This document shows positions 35,553 to 47,632 of a DNA stretch of 64,000 nt, piece after piece. The notes beneath the pieces were generated by a model. That model ran no database searches. It had not been told where the DNA came from and worked only from the letters and a program-made list of their open reading frames with translations. Origin of the DNA: an uncultured Staphylococcaceae bacterium (GTDB lineage: Bacteria > Bacillota_I > Bacilli_A > RFN20 > CAG-826); NCBI GenBank assembly GCA_964639215.1, contig CAZXCV010000002.1, positions 7,715-71,714 on the forward strand, in the 5' to 3' direction. The translations under genes were made by a program, and so were the position numbers. Within the stretch, counting starts at the first letter, position 1. Every line of letters starts with the position of its first letter.

Positions 35553-36053
35553 GTGAATCAAGCTATCTTGAAGCAAAAGGAAGCAGTAGTTAACGAAGTC
35601 ATTGATCTAGCTAAAGATGCCGCGGCAATTGTCGTCGTCGAGTATCGTGGCATGAGTGTCGCTGACATTAGTACACTACGACGCACATTGCGCGGTCTCA
35701 ACGCGAAAATGGGTGTTTACAAGAACTCGATGGTACGTCGCGCTGGCGAAGCGCTTAAATACCAAGGGTTTGACGTGCACTTAACTGGACCAAATGCATT
35801 TGTATTTTGTCCCGATCCAATCGAAGGCCCAAAAGCCATCGTGAAGTTTGCCCGTCGCAATGGTGTCCTGCAAGTTAAAGGTGGTGTCGTTGAAGGTCGC
35901 GTCCTCGATGGTGATGGTATTAAAGCCGTTGCTAACTTACCAGGGAAACTCGGTCTTATCTCGATGCTCTTATCATGCTTACAGTCACCAATTCGTTCAT
36001 TTGCAGCAACCGTACAAGCGGTCTGCGATCATCAACAATCACCAGCCAATTAG
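35553..36053 (+). CDS. rplJ: 50S ribosomal protein L10
   Basis: 166 aa. GTG start after AGGAGGTG. Confidence 0.93.
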   Translation: MNQAILKQKEAVVNEVIDLAKDAAAIVVVEYRGMSVADISTLRRTLRGLNAKMGVYKNSMVRRAGEALKYQGFDVHLTGPNAFVFCPDPIEGPKAIVKFARRNGVLQVKGGVVEGRVLDGDGIKAVANLPGKLGLISMLLSCLQSPIRSFAATVQAVCDHQQSPAN

Positions 36054-36065
36054 GAGGAACACATA

Positions 36066-36446
36066 ATGGCAAAATTAACAATTGAAGAAATCATCGCTTC
36101 ATTAAAAGAGATGACCTTACTCGAACTCAACGATTTAGTCAAAGCCGTCGAAAAAGAATTCGGCGTTACCGCTGCAGCCCCTGTCGCTGTGGCCGGACCA
36201 GCCCACGAAGAAGAAGAAGCTGCACCAAAAGGACCAGTTGATGTCAGTTTATTCTTAAAAGCTGTCGGTCAATCCAAAGTCGCTGTTATTAAAGCAGTGC
36301 AAGCAATCACCGGTCTCGGATTAATGGATGCAAAAAAATTAGTTGATGGTGCCCCTGTTGCCATCAAAGAAAAAATTTCACCCGTTGAAGCCGAAGAACA
36401 CAAGAAAGCACTTGTGGTAGCCGGAGCCGAAGTTGAGATTAAATAA
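36066..36446 (+). CDS. rplL: 50S ribosomal protein L7/L12
   Basis: 126 aa. The Ala/Glu-rich hinge and C-terminal domain are conserved. Confidence 0.97.
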   Translation: MAKLTIEEIIASLKEMTLLELNDLVKAVEKEFGVTAAAPVAVAGPAHEEEEAAPKGPVDVSLFLKAVGQSKVAVIKAVQAITGLGLMDAKKLVDGAPVAIKEKISPVEAEEHKKALVVAGAEVEIK

Positions 36447-36521
36447 TAACGAAACAATCTAACCATAACCAAAACCTGTCGTTAAGGCGGGTTTTTGGGC
36501 TTTATTAGGAGGTGATGACTC

Positions 36522-37118
36522 GTGCCGCATTATTACGAAAATGATGCCGATTTGCCGAGTAAACCACGCGAATTGCAACTAGAAATACGCGGGCGAGTCT
36601 ACCACTTCAATGTCGATAGTGGTGTCTTCTCTAAACACCGTCTCGACATGGGTAGCCAATTATTAATCGATTCATTAGCCCCCGTCGATCTTGGGGCAAC
36701 GATGCTCGATCTTGGTTGTGGGTATGGACCAATTGGTATCATCTTAGCCGACATGCACCCGAAATTACGGGTGTTGATGGTCGATATTAACATCCGCGCG
36801 GTAACATTAGCTCGCAGTAATATCGATAAGCATCGACTCAATGCGCGCGTAGAGGCGCTCGTGAGCGATGGATTCCAAAATGTTGTTGGCACCTTCGATA
36901 CCATCGTGACCAATCCGCCGATTCGAGCGGGGAAAAAAGTAATCTACCGATTTTATGAAGAAGCAAAACAACATTTGAATAAAGAAGGCAGCCTCTATCT
37001 CGTGATTCGAAAAGATCAAGGGGCAGCCTCTAGTTACGAGTTTCTAACATCAATCTATCGCCATGTAACGCGGCTTGAGCGCCACCATGGTTACCACGTC
37101 TATCAAGCACATGACTAA
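36522..37118 (+). CDS. class I SAM-dependent methyltransferase (YbxB/RsmC-like)
   Basis: 198 aa. SAM motif [11 protein letters not shown] and TNPPI. Occupies the ybxB position between rplL and rpoB. Confidence 0.75.
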   Translation: MPHYYENDADLPSKPRELQLEIRGRVYHFNVDSGVFSKHRLDMGSQLLIDSLAPVDLGATMLDLGCGYGPIGIILADMHPKLRVLMVDINIRAVTLARSNIDKHRLNARVEALVSDGFQNVVGTFDTIVTNPPIRAGKKVIYRFYEEAKQHLNKEGSLYLVIRKDQGAASSYEFLTSIYRHVTRLERHHGYHVYQAHD

Positions 37119-37143
37119 GCCACCAAACGAAGGAGCGTATTCT

Positions 37144-40100
37144 ATGGACAAAAAACAAAAAGCAACCGAACTACTCGCTAATTCTCGTCGCGATTATAGT
37201 AAAATCAGCGGCAGTTTAGCACTACCAAACTTAGTAGAAGTGCAAACTGAATCTTATCGTTGGTTAATTGAAAAGGGGCTCGACGAAGCACTTAAAGACG
37301 TGTTCCCAATTCACAATTATGCCGAAAATCTTGAATTACAATACCTGAACTTCCGATTTGATGAACCGAGTTATACGCACCTTGAATGCAAAGAACGCGA
37401 TATGACATATAGCGCGCCTTTACGCGTCACCCTTCGTTTAATCTTCAAAGAAACATCAGTGATTAATGATGCCGAAGTTTTTCTTGGTGATTTTCCGTTA
37501 ATGACCGAAAGTGGCACCTTTATTATTAACGGTGTTGAAAAAGTCATCGTTTCGCAAATCCGTCGTTCACCAGGAGCTTATCTTTCAGAAACGATGGATA
37601 AAACTGGCAAATTACTTTATAAAGCCGACTTGATTCCAATGCGAGGAACGTGGCTCGAATTTGAAAGTGATATCAAAAACCTATTAACGGTCCGAATTGA
37701 CCGTCAACGTAAAATGTATGCAACAATCTTTTTAAAGGCGGTTGGCCTTGAAGATCCACAACTTATTTTAGATTTGTTTGGGGATCGCGAAGCGCTACGC
37801 AATACGCTTGAAAAAGACGCGGAGACTAAATCGATTACTGATGGCCTCGTGCAAATATTCAGCAAGATGAAACCTGGAGAACCACGAACACCAGAAGGAA
37901 TCATTAATTTCCTCTATCAAAAATTCTTCGACCCGAAACGCTATAATCTTGGCGTGGCTGGTCGCTATAAATACGCTAAAAAACTCGGCGTTTATAATCG
38001 CTTGATCGGAATGATCATTGCGGAAAATCTCGTCGGGGTTGATAAAAAAGTTCGTGTTAAGAAAGATACGCTCATCACGAAAGAACTTGTTGATGAATTA
38101 CGAAACGAACGCTTCTTTGAAAAAGGTGCCCACGAAGTGACATTACCAGTCTTTGGTCGGCTTGATCCAAATAACAAAGTTAATGTCGTTCGCGTTTATA
38201 ACAACGATAAAAAAGAATTAATTTCTCCGATTGTCGGAACTGATTTAAAACTCGAAGCGAGCACGGTTACGATTCCGGATATGGTCGCTACTTTTTCGTG
38301 CTTCATGAATTTAATGGATGGATTTGGACAAAAAGATGATATCGATCACCTTGGTAACCGCCGAATTCATAGCGTGGGCGAACTAATTCAAAACCGCTTC
38401 CGCGTCGGTCTTTCTAAAATGGCGAAATCGATTCGCGATAAAATGTCGGTGGCTGATATTAGTAACGTCACACCACAAAATCTTGTAAATATCAAACCAT
38501 TAACGTCGCAAGTTAAAGAATTTTTCTCAACTGACCCACTCTCACAGTTCATGGATCAGACAAACCCACTTGCCGAATTAACGAATAAGCGCCGCATCTC
38601 AGCCTTAGGAAGCGGTGGTATTAAACGCGATCGCGCCAGCTTTGATGTTCGCGACGTTCACTATTCTCACTACGGCCGCATTTGTCCAATTGAAACACCT
38701 GAAGGTCAAAATATTGGTCTCATTACGAATTTAGCGACATACGCGAAAGTCGATCATTATGGTTTTATTCAAACACCATACCGCAAAGTCGATAAAGTTG
38801 CGGGTCGTGTCCTCGATGAAACGATGTATTTAAGCGCCGAACAAGAACGGCCGTTTATTATCGCACAAGCGACTGATCGTGTTGATAGTCAAGGCTATTT
38901 CCTTGATGAAACGGTCATCGCTCGAAAAGATGGCGACAACATCATGGCTGATATTCATGAAGTCGATTATATCGATGTTTCGCCGAAACAAGTCGTCTCC
39001 GTTGCTTCGGCATGTATTCCATTTCTTGAAAATGACGATACGACCCGTGCTTTGATGGGTGCGAACATGCAACGTCAAGCATTACCATTACTACGCCCGT
39101 CAGCTCCATATGTCGGAACTGGGATTGAACAGACAATTGCCCGCGACTCGGGTTTAGCAGTTGTTGCCCGTGAACCGGGTATTATCAGTTATGTTGATTC
39201 TCGAAAAATCATCATTACGACTGAAAACGGCAACCAAACATACCGGCTCCAAAAATTCAACCGTTCAAACCAAGGTACCTGTATTAATCAAGTGGCCATT
39301 GTCAAACTCGGCCAACACGTTGAAAAAGGTCAAATCATCGCCGATGGACCAGCCATGGATCAAGGCGAACTAGCACTAGGTCAAAACGTGACAATCGCGT
39401 TCATGACTTGGAATGGTTATAACTACGAGGATGCGGTCATCATGTCAGAACGTCTTGTGAAAGAGGATGTTTACACCTCGATTCACATCGAAGAACACAC
39501 GCTTGAATGTCGCGCAACGAAACTTGGTAACGAAGAAATCACCCGCGATGTTCCAAATATCAACGAAGATGCGAAAGCATTCCTTGATGAACGTGGCATT
39601 ATCGTTCCCGGCGCTGAGGTTAAAGAAAACGATATTCTCGTTGGTAAAGTAACTCCGAAAGGACAAACGGAACCGACGAGTGAAGAAAAACTACTCCGCG
39701 CGATTTTCTCTGAGAAAACCAAGGAAGGCAAAGATTCTTCTCTACGCGTTCCTCATGGTGGCGCCGGTATCGTGCTTGACGTCAAAGTTTTTTCACGCAA
39801 AAAAGGTGATGAATTGCCACCTGGAGTCAATGAAGTCGTCCGTGTTTATATCGTTCAAAAACGAAAAATCAGCGAAGGTGATAAGATGTCTGGTCGCCAT
39901 GGTAACAAGGGCGTCATTTCTCGAATCCTTCCCGTTGAAGACATGCCATTTTTACCAGATGGCACGCCTGTTGACATCATGCTCAATCCATTAGGTGTTC
40001 CCAGCCGAATGAATATCGGTCAAATTCTTGAAATTCATCTTGGATTGGCTGCGAAAAAACTTGGGATGAAAATTGCAACACCAGTGTTTGACGGTATTTC

Positions 40101-40701
40101 AAATGATGAAATTCTCGATTTAATGAAACAAGCTGGTATTTCTGAAGATGGCAAAACAATTCTTCACGATGGTCGCACCGGTGAAGCGTTCGACGAACGG
40201 ATTTCCGTCGGTGTCATGTATATGATTAAACTCGTCCACATGGTTGATGATAAACTCCATGCTCGAGCGACAGGACCGTACTCGCTTGTGACCCAGCAAC
40301 CTTTGGGTGGCAAAGCCCAAAATGGTGGTCAACGATTTGGAGAAATGGAAGTTTGGGCACTTGAAGCTTATGGCGCGGCCCACACTCTCCAAGAAATATT
40401 AACAATTAAATCCGACGATCGCGTTGGACGCCGCAAAACATATGAGGCGATTATCAAACAACGTGAAATACCACGACCTGGCATTCCTGAATCATTTAAA
40501 GTTTTGACTAAGGAACTCCAATCACTCGCGATTGACGTCCGAATGTTTGATCAAACCGGGTCCGAACTCGATATGGAGGCATTAGCCAAAGAAGCCCTTG
40601 CTGAAGAGCGAAAAATCAACTCTTCAATTCGGGCAATGACGAGCGAAACCGTTGTCGAGTTGAATGAAAACAACGTTATTGAAGAAAGTTACGATGATTA
40701 A
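37144..40701 (+). CDS. rpoB: DNA-directed RNA polymerase subunit beta
   Basis: 1185 aa from the ATG at 37144 (AGGAG 8 nt upstream). The track ORF starts earlier, inside ybxB. Conserved beta motifs. Confidence 0.97.
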   Translation: MDKKQKATELLANSRRDYSKISGSLALPNLVEVQTESYRWLIEKGLDEALKDVFPIHNYAENLELQYLNFRFDEPSYTHLECKERDMTYSAPLRVTLRLIFKETSVINDAEVFLGDFPLMTESGTFIINGVEKVIVSQIRRSPGAYLSETMDKTGKLLYKADLIPMRGTWLEFESDIKNLLTVRIDRQRKMYATIFLKAVGLEDPQLILDLFGDREALRNTLEKDAETKSITDGLVQIFSKMKPGEPRTPEGIINFLYQKFFDPKRYNLGVAGRYKYAKKLGVYNRLIGMIIAENLVGVDKKVRVKKDTLITKELVDELRNERFFEKGAHEVTLPVFGRLDPNNKVNVVRVYNNDKKELISPIVGTDLKLEASTVTIPDMVATFSCFMNLMDGFGQKDDIDHLGNRRIHSVGELIQNRFRVGLSKMAKSIRDKMSVADISNVTPQNLVNIKPLTSQVKEFFSTDPLSQFMDQTNPLAELTNKRRISALGSGGIKRDRASFDVRDVHYSHYGRICPIETPEGQNIGLITNLATYAKVDHYGFIQTPYRKVDKVAGRVLDETMYLSAEQERPFIIAQATDRVDSQGYFLDETVIARKDGDNIMADIHEVDYIDVSPKQVVSVASACIPFLENDDTTRALMGANMQRQALPLLRPSAPYVGTGIEQTIARDSGLAVVAREPGIISYVDSRKIIITTENGNQTYRLQKFNRSNQGTCINQVAIVKLGQHVEKGQIIADGPAMDQGELALGQNVTIAFMTWNGYNYEDAVIMSERLVKEDVYTSIHIEEHTLECRATKLGNEEITRDVPNINEDAKAFLDERGIIVPGAEVKENDILVGKVTPKGQTEPTSEEKLLRAIFSEKTKEGKDSSLRVPHGGAGIVLDVKVFSRKKGDELPPGVNEVVRVYIVQKRKISEGDKMSGRHGNKGVISRILPVEDMPFLPDGTPVDIMLNPLGVPSRMNIGQILEIHLGLAAKKLGMKIATPVFDGISNDEILDLMKQAGISEDGKTILHDGRTGEAFDERISVGVMYMIKLVHMVDDKLHARATGPYSLVTQQPLGGKAQNGGQRFGEMEVWALEAYGAAHTLQEILTIKSDDRVGRRKTYEAIIKQREIPRPGIPESFKVLTKELQSLAIDVRMFDQTGSELDMEALAKEALAEERKINSSIRAMTSETVVELNENNVIEESYDD

Positions 40702-40718
40702 TCGGGGAGGAAGAGCGC

Positions 40719-43700
40719 ATGTTTGATATTAATAGAATTACGAAAATTCGAGTTGGTCTTGCCTCACCGGAATCAATCCGTAGTTGGTCTTACGGCGAAG
40801 TATTAAAGCCAGAAACTATTAACTACCGCAGTCAAAAACCCGAAATGCAAGGGTTGTTCTGTGAAAAGATTTTTGGTCCGAGCAAAGACTATGAATGCCA
40901 TTGTGGCAAATACAAAAAACAACGGTATGCTGGCGTCGTCTGTGAAAAGTGCGGCGTTGAAGTAATGACAAAAGATGCCCGTCGTGAACGTATGGGTCAC
41001 ATTGAATTAGCGACTCCTTGCGCCCATATTTGGTATGTCAAAGGCATTCCGTCACGGATTGCCCTAGTCTTAGATATCAACGCTAAGCAATTAGAGGAAA
41101 TTGTCTATTTAGCTGGATCCACATTAATTTGTTTAAACCCCGGCGCGAGTAAGATTTTAAAATATCGCCAAGTAATTGATGAAAAAACGGGTCGGATTGA
41201 TTTTGTTGCTGTTATTAAAGAATTTATGGAAGCACTCGAAGGAACTTATGAAGGTTCACGAGCGCAAGAATATATTGAAAAACTTGAAAATCGTGCCGAA
41301 CCGATTAACTTTGAAGTGATTACAGGATTTATTTCAAAGCATACTGGCGCTGAATTTGGCGAAGGTGCTGAAGCAATTAAACGGCTTTTAAAAGAAGTCA
41401 ATCTTGACCGTGAAGGCGAAGCAATTGAAAAAGAATTACGCGAATGTACGACACAACGGCGCGCCAAATTAACAAAGCGGCTTGAAATCGTCGAGTCATT
41501 CCGGCAATCAGGCAACCGTCCCGAATGGATGGTGCTTGACGTATTGCCAGTCATTCCACCTGATTTACGACCGATGCTACAGCTTGATGGCGGACGTTTC
41601 GCCACAAGTGATCTAAACGATTTATATCGTCGTCTCATCGCTAGAAATCGCCGTCTTAAAAATCTCATCAATATCAAAGCACCAACCACGATGCTTCGCA
41701 ATGAGAAGCGGATGCTTCAAGAAGCCGTCGACGCCTTGATCGATAATGGTCGTCGTGGAAAGCCTGTGTTATCCTCAGGTGGAAGCGGTCGTGAACTTAA
41801 ATCACTGAGCAGTGCATTAAAAGGTAAACAAGGACGCTTCCGGCAAAATTTACTCGGAAAGCGCGTTGATTACTCTGGTCGTTCCGTTATTGCCGTTGGT
41901 CCTGATTTAAAAATGTATGAATGTGGTTTGCCACGCGAAATGGCGATTCAGTTATTGCGACCGTTCATCGCGGGACTTTTGATTGAACGTGGCTTTGCCA
42001 CTTCACATAAACAAGCTGATAAAAAAGTTGATAATTACGATGAAATCGTCTTTGATATTCTCGAAGAAATCATCTCAAAACATCCAGTGCTCTTAAACCG
42101 CGCACCGACGCTACACCGCCTCGGTATCCAAGCGTTCCAGCCAAAATTAGTTGAAGGACGCGCCATCAGATTACACCCACTCGTTTGTACCGGTTTTAAT
42201 GCTGACTTCGACGGTGACCAAATGGCCGTCCACGTCCCACTTTCGAAAGCAGCCCAAGAAGAAGCGCTCAACCTCATGTTGGCAAGCAATAATATTCTCG
42301 GTCCTAAAGATGGGCTTCCGATTGCCACGCCTTCACAAGACATGGTCATCGGTAATTTCTATTTAACAATGGAACAAACCAAAGATGATTTTTTGCGCAA
42401 AGCGGCTACTTCACGAAAAATGGGTGATGTCAACCAAGCCGAACTATACGAACTATATGCGACGAGTGAAGGTAAAGTTTTCCGAAATATTGAGGAAGTT
42501 AACTTGGCCTTTGCCACGAAGCAAGTCCACTTACACAATCGGATTGCACTACCAGGTCGCGCCCTTCGTAAAGATGGGTTCACTCCGGCCATGAACGAAG
42601 GTTATTTGTTAACAAGCGTTGGCAAAGTGTTTTTCAATTCAATCTTCCCAGCCGATTTTCCATATTTAAACAACAAGAACTCTGCCAATTTAAAAGTCGA
42701 CTTAATGGAATATTTCGTACCAAAAGGCACGAATATCCCCGAAGTAATTGCCGCTAAAAAAGTTTTAACACCATATGGAAGTAAAGATCTCGCCGAGATT
42801 ATTAAAGAAGTGTTTAACCGTTATGGCACGAGCAAAACTTCAGCGATTCTCGACAAGATGAAAGACCAAGGATTCCGCTTCGCCACCCAATCAGGCTTAA
42901 CGGTCGCCCTCAGCGATATTCTTGTACTCGACAATAAAAAAGAACTGATCAAAGCTGGTGATGATCGCGTCAATACGATTCAAGAGCAGTTCGAACAAGG
43001 TTTATTAACGGACGAAGAGCGGTATCAACAAGTCGTCACCGTTTGGAAAGACGACGTACAAGCTCAAATTAAAAACGCGGTTATTACGATGATGCAAAAT
43101 AGCAATGATAATCCGCTGAACATTATTTTTAACTCAGGCGCTCGTGGTAAGGCGAGTAACTTCCAACAATTAATCGGGTATCGGGGCTTGATGAGTAAGC
43201 CAAGCGGACGTTTCATTGAACTACCAATTCGTTCATCATTCCGTGAAGGTCTCTCAATCGCCGAATTCTTCATTGCGACTCACGGCGCGCGTAAAGTCGG
43301 GGCTGACACTGCTTTAAAAACAGCCGACTCGGGTTATTTAACGCGTAAACTAGTCGACGTTGCTCAAGATGTTATCATTCGTGAAGAAGACTGTCACACT
43401 GATCGTGGCTCCAATGTCTTCACAATTATGGACTCCTCACGACAAGCTGTGATTACACCGCTGTACAACCGTCTCGTCGGTCGCTACACCTTAACAGACG
43501 TTGCACATCCAGACACAGGTGAAATTATCGTCCCAGCCGATCATTTGATGGATGAACAAGATGCTCGTAAAATCGTTGACGCTGGTGTCACCGACGTGAT
43601 GATTCGCTCCGTATTTGGTTGCGAGAGCAAAGATGGCATTTGTAAGAAATGTTACGGTCGTAACCTCGCGACTGGTAAGCTTGTCGAAGTCGGAGAAGCT

Positions 43701-44612
43701 GTGGGCATTATCGCCGCTCAATCAATTGGCGAACCAGGTACTCAGTTAACGATGCGGACATTCCACGAAGGTGGTATTGCTGGTCGCAACATTACCGATG
43801 GTCTCCCACGTGTTCAGGAAATTTTTGAAGCGCGAACACCAAAGGGCGAAGCAGTCATTAGCGCAATATATGGCAAAGTCGTTGCCATCGACGAAAATGG
43901 TGGCCGTTTCAATGTCCGCGTTGCCTCAGAAAATGATGCTCGCGACTACGCGACAAACTTTGGCGCACGGCTCCGTGTTCAAGTTGGTGATGAAGTGCAT
44001 CCAGGCCAAAAGATTTCTGAAGGCGCCATTTATCCAAAAGATCTCCTAAAATATGCCGATGTTAATGCGGTACAAAAATATATCATCAAAGAAGTTCAAA
44101 AAGTATATCAAGGTAATGGCGCGAACATCGCTGATAAACATATCGAAGTAATCGTGCGACAAATGCTTCGTAAATTAATCGTCATTGATGGCGGTGATAC
44201 AGACCTGATTCCAGGCACACGCGTTGACATTAACGTCTTCACTGAGAAAAATGCCCTGGCTTTGGCAGAAGGAAAAGTCCCTGCAGTTGGTATTCCACGT
44301 CTTCTTGGCATTGCTAAATCCGCCCTAGAAACAGAATCGTTCTTATCAGCGGCTTCATTTCAAGAAACGACACGTGTTTTAACCGATGCGGCGATTAAAG
44401 GCAAAACCGATGTCTTACATGGACTCAAGGAAAATGTCATAACTGGTAAAATGATTCCCGCTGGTCGTGGATTGAAAACGGAAGAAGATCGTCAAGATTT
44501 AATTTCCGATTTTTCAGTCGAGGAATTCATGCGCAATATTCGCAACAACTACCGTGAAAGCCACGAACAGTGGATGGAGCAGTTCGACGATCAGCTGCCA
44601 CTTGACGAATAA
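40719..44612 (+). CDS. rpoC: DNA-directed RNA polymerase subunit beta'
   Basis: 1297 aa. Zinc CxxC..CxxC N-terminus and NADFDGD catalytic motif. Confidence 0.97.
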   Translation: MFDINRITKIRVGLASPESIRSWSYGEVLKPETINYRSQKPEMQGLFCEKIFGPSKDYECHCGKYKKQRYAGVVCEKCGVEVMTKDARRERMGHIELATPCAHIWYVKGIPSRIALVLDINAKQLEEIVYLAGSTLICLNPGASKILKYRQVIDEKTGRIDFVAVIKEFMEALEGTYEGSRAQEYIEKLENRAEPINFEVITGFISKHTGAEFGEGAEAIKRLLKEVNLDREGEAIEKELRECTTQRRAKLTKRLEIVESFRQSGNRPEWMVLDVLPVIPPDLRPMLQLDGGRFATSDLNDLYRRLIARNRRLKNLINIKAPTTMLRNEKRMLQEAVDALIDNGRRGKPVLSSGGSGRELKSLSSALKGKQGRFRQNLLGKRVDYSGRSVIAVGPDLKMYECGLPREMAIQLLRPFIAGLLIERGFATSHKQADKKVDNYDEIVFDILEEIISKHPVLLNRAPTLHRLGIQAFQPKLVEGRAIRLHPLVCTGFNADFDGDQMAVHVPLSKAAQEEALNLMLASNNILGPKDGLPIATPSQDMVIGNFYLTMEQTKDDFLRKAATSRKMGDVNQAELYELYATSEGKVFRNIEEVNLAFATKQVHLHNRIALPGRALRKDGFTPAMNEGYLLTSVGKVFFNSIFPADFPYLNNKNSANLKVDLMEYFVPKGTNIPEVIAAKKVLTPYGSKDLAEIIKEVFNRYGTSKTSAILDKMKDQGFRFATQSGLTVALSDILVLDNKKELIKAGDDRVNTIQEQFEQGLLTDEERYQQVVTVWKDDVQAQIKNAVITMMQNSNDNPLNIIFNSGARGKASNFQQLIGYRGLMSKPSGRFIELPIRSSFREGLSIAEFFIATHGARKVGADTALKTADSGYLTRKLVDVAQDVIIREEDCHTDRGSNVFTIMDSSRQAVITPLYNRLVGRYTLTDVAHPDTGEIIVPADHLMDEQDARKIVDAGVTDVMIRSVFGCESKDGICKKCYGRNLATGKLVEVGEAVGIIAAQSIGEPGTQLTMRTFHEGGIAGRNITDGLPRVQEIFEARTPKGEAVISAIYGKVVAIDENGGRFNVRVASENDARDYATNFGARLRVQVGDEVHPGQKISEGAIYPKDLLKYADVNAVQKYIIKEVQKVYQGNGANIADKHIEVIVRQMLRKLIVIDGGDTDLIPGTRVDINVFTEKNALALAEGKVPAVGIPRLLGIAKSALETESFLSAASFQETTRVLTDAAIKGKTDVLHGLKENVITGKMIPAGRGLKTEEDRQDLISDFSVEEFMRNIRNNYRESHEQWMEQFDDQLPLDE

Positions 44613-44619
44613 GCAAGTA

Positions 44620-44647
44620 AAGCGTGGATAAAACCACGCTTTTTTTA
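44620..44647 (+). terminator. rho-independent terminator after rpoC
   Basis: AAGCGTGG-ATAAAA-CCACGCTT followed by TTTTTT. Confidence 0.8.
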
Positions 44648-44681
44648 AATCATTAACTCATATTTGTTGTATAGTAATCAT

Positions 44682-46058
44682 ATGAAAGATTCCCAGGTAA
44701 AAACGCAACAAAAGCTCGGTTTTACAAATGCTTTTCGTCAATTTGGCGCACTGTTTGGCTGGTCGCTTTTAGTTGCTAGCGCTGCCAATATCGGATTATC
44801 ACCGCTATTAGTCGGAATTGCCATCGCCACGATTGGACTCGTAATATTTTTAAGGCGCCAATTTCCATTTATTGTCACTCCATCGTTTGTTTTTTTGCCC
44901 GCTCTCGTTATATTTATGCGTGGCTATGAAACATTAGCAATTGGTTCGCCTGCCTGGAATTTTCGACTAGGTGGATTGCTCGTTTCATTTTGGATCAGTG
45001 GATTGCTATATATTTTGATGGCGACTTTAGTGCGTCAAATCGGTATTAAAAAGATGCGGCGAATTTTTTCACCGACATTTAGTGGTATCCTCATCGTGTT
45101 TTTGACGTTAGCGTTATTACCACGCGTTTTCATCTTTGGCTATTACGAACCATCGCTACTCGAACCAACGCAAAGTTATAAGTTCATCATTATCGGTCTT
45201 GCCTCATTTATGGGATATTTGTTTGCGACGGCGCTCGCAAAGAAACCGGGCACCCAGGCTAGTTATGCCATCCTACTCGGTTTGGTCAGTGGATTACTCG
45301 TCGCGACGATTATTGATGCAATTGAGTTACTGTGGTTAAGCCAAACGATTGAAGCGACGATTTTATTCCGCATGTTTACGGCCATTGATGTTCCATTAAC
45401 GATTTTTCATCACCCCGAAATAAATTTTGGATTTTGGCAATATCTCCATTTTGACATTGAGAGTCTTTTACTAATTGTTCCACTCACGCTAGTGACAATT
45501 GGCGAACATATGCACGCGATGACGATTTATGCGCTCAAAGACCCTGAATTAGTCACGAGTCCTCACGCCGACAAAACCTTGTTAACCGAAGGATTAAGCG
45601 TCATGGTCGGTGGCATGATTACGGGGTATCCATTTGTGATCAGCGAAGACACCGTGAAAATGACGATGCATTCAAAAAAAGCCCATCCTCTCGTATTAAT
45701 TGGTGTGGCGATTATCATCATGGTTATTGGAATATTCATGCCGGTTACTTATTATTTGCAGCTTATCCCTTTGCCAATCATTGGTGGTGTCTTATTGGCA
45801 GTACTCGGTTTCGAAGCCGTTAAAGGCTTTAGTCGCGTCGCGCGATTGGTTCATGATGATTTACATCCACAAGCGACGGCTTTAGGACTATTAGTGCTTG
45901 GGCTTGGGATGCTCTTAGCAATTATGGAGTTTGTCAGTGATTTTTTAGGAAACACAACGTTTCGAATTATGATTGGTACGACCCCGATTCCAAGCTTTCT
46001 GATCATTGTCATCATTGCCTTTGTTTTCAATTTACTCGTGCCAAAATTAGTGGAGTGA
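44682..46058 (+). CDS. polytopic permease, likely NCS2 (xanthine/uracil permease) family
   Basis: About 458 aa and about 12 TM. N-terminal FRQFGALFG resembles the NCS2 QHLFAMFGATV motif. Start is 44664 or 44682. Confidence 0.45.
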   Translation: MKDSQVKTQQKLGFTNAFRQFGALFGWSLLVASAANIGLSPLLVGIAIATIGLVIFLRRQFPFIVTPSFVFLPALVIFMRGYETLAIGSPAWNFRLGGLLVSFWISGLLYILMATLVRQIGIKKMRRIFSPTFSGILIVFLTLALLPRVFIFGYYEPSLLEPTQSYKFIIIGLASFMGYLFATALAKKPGTQASYAILLGLVSGLLVATIIDAIELLWLSQTIEATILFRMFTAIDVPLTIFHHPEINFGFWQYLHFDIESLLLIVPLTLVTIGEHMHAMTIYALKDPELVTSPHADKTLLTEGLSVMVGGMITGYPFVISEDTVKMTMHSKKAHPLVLIGVAIIIMVIGIFMPVTYYLQLIPLPIIGGVLLAVLGFEAVKGFSRVARLVHDDLHPQATALGLLVLGLGMLLAIMEFVSDFLGNTTFRIMIGTTPIPSFLIIVIIAFVFNLLVPKLVE

Positions 46059-46063
46059 TGGCA

Positions 46064-47632
46064 ATGAAACGGCAAATTGTGGTTTTTCTGACCATTTGTG
46101 GTCTCATGTTACTCGGCCGTGACGCTCCTTTGCAACCAAGTAGCGGCTCATCGAGTTTCTCTTATCCCTCAAGTTTTACATCAGGAGATTATGTTACGAC
46201 CTATCGACAAGTTCGCTATGCGCAAGGATATAAATCAGCGACGCCGACAAGTGGTGATGTCCCAATTCTTGTAATTCCTGTTTCTTTTTCGGACTATCCC
46301 TGCAGTGGTATCGATGGTGGCTGTGATGTCGTGCGTGAAGATATTCGCCAATCATTTTTCGGCGAAGCCCAAGCGATGCGATGGCACTCGGTCGCTTCGT
46401 TTTATGAAACGTCGAGCTATGGACAGTTGCGTTTCACCGGTGTCGTCAGCGATTGGTTCACCCCACCGATTACGGCAACGCAACTGCTTGATAAAATCCA
46501 ATATGGCGTAACCCAAGATGTCTTACGTCCGGCTATTGATTGGTATCGGACGACCTATGATGATAGTCTTGAACAATTTGACGCTGATGATGATGGTTTT
46601 CTTGATGCCGTCTATCTTGTCTATTCCGTACCAGCACACGGGCATGAAGAAATTTTTGTTGATGAAGATCGCATTTTTTGGGCTTATACCACGTATGACA
46701 GTATGGCGATTGCTAGTCTCAGTTTGCCGTCACCATTTAATTATGGTTGGTCAAGCTACGATTTTATGTATAAAGATGGTTGGTACGAACGCGATGAGAA
46801 GGGGCGTTTACTCCGCGATGATGACGATGAACCTGTTTTTCATCCATATACGGACACGCTTGGTCGCTTATTACCTGATGCGCACACTTTCATCCATGAA
46901 ATGGGTCATTTTCTCGGATTGACCGATTATTATACTTACGATTATAAAGATGGTGATTGGGGTGCCGCAGGCACACTCGATATGATGGATTACAATGTCG
47001 GAGATCATAATGCCTTTAGTAAATCGTTATTGTCATGGATTACCCCAACGATTGTCACCGAGCCAGATACGTTTACAATCCGACCATTAGTAACTCATGG
47101 TGAGGCGTTACTCATCCCAATTACTTATCGAGGCACATTGCTCGGGGAGTATTTACTCGTTGAATATTATCAACCGACTTCATTGAACCAAAAAGATTCG
47201 ATTGAACCATTTGCTGGATATTATCCACGCTTGTTCACGAATCCGGGCATTAAAATTTATCATGTTGACGCCCGCATCGGTAAATTTGTCTATAATCGTG
47301 GCCGCTACGAATTAAGTGATTATGTGGAAGAAATTGGCGTAAGAACAAGCCAAGTTTATTATGGAATCGCCCATAGCAACACGGCATCGCGCAGTGCTTT
47401 TCCACAATATAAGCTTATTCATTTACTCGAAAAATCCGGATCACTTAGTTTTCGTCACGGTCATTATGCTAGTAATACTTCGTTATTTTATGAAGGCGAT
47501 GCGTTTGATATGAACAATTTCGCAACGTTTACATTCAATGGTGGCCAAGCTTTCCCTTACAATATTTATATCGATGAAATAAATAATGAATTTGCCTCGA
47601 TTCGCATTGAGCAACGCATCAATGAAAACTAA
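46064..47632 (+). CDS. secreted zinc metallopeptidase-like protein (HExxHxxGxxD motif; M6/M7-like), paralog 1
   Basis: N-terminal signal peptide and the HEMGHFLGLTDYY motif. The GGAG RBS favours the ATG at 46064. The track end is 47632. Confidence 0.5.
   Translation: MKRQIVVFLTICGLMLLGRDAPLQPSSGSSSFSYPSSFTSGDYVTTYRQVRYAQGYKSATPTSGDVPILVIPVSFSDYPCSGIDGGCDVVREDIRQSFFGEAQAMRWHSVASFYETSSYGQLRFTGVVSDWFTPPITATQLLDKIQYGVTQDVLRPAIDWYRTTYDDSLEQFDADDDGFLDAVYLVYSVPAHGHEEIFVDEDRIFWAYTTYDSMAIASLSLPSPFNYGWSSYDFMYKDGWYERDEKGRLLRDDDDEPVFHPYTDTLGRLLPDAHTFIHEMGHFLGLTDYYTYDYKDGDWGAAGTLDMMDYNVGDHNAFSKSLLSWITPTIVTEPDTFTIRPLVTHGEALLIPITYRGTLLGEYLLVEYYQPTSLNQKDSIEPFAGYYPRLFTNPGIKIYHVDARIGKFVYNRGRYELSDYVEEIGVRTSQVYYGIAHSNTASRSAFPQYKLIHLLEKSGSLSFRHGHYASNTSLFYEGDAFDMNNFATFTFNGGQAFPYNIYIDEINNEFASIRIEQRINEN

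Noticed and set aside
36447-36521. Hairpin AAAACC...GGGTTTT after rplL as a terminator
   Set aside because: The stem is mostly A-U pairs and the T-tract is interrupted. At best it is a weak attenuator, and read-through into ybxB-rpoBC is expected, so it is not called as a feature.
37075-37143. Track rpoB ORF starting inside the ybxB-like methyltransferase gene
   Set aside because: The conserved rpoB N-terminus and an AGGAG RBS support the ATG at 37144. The upstream part is an out-of-frame read-through of the methyltransferase 3' end.
37704-44311. Antisense and alternate-frame ORFs inside rpoB and rpoC (for example 41246-41701 minus, 42035-42349 minus, 43771-44049 plus)
   Set aside because: They are embedded in RNA polymerase subunit genes, with no independent start signals. 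Such ORFs are typical in long GC-balanced genes.
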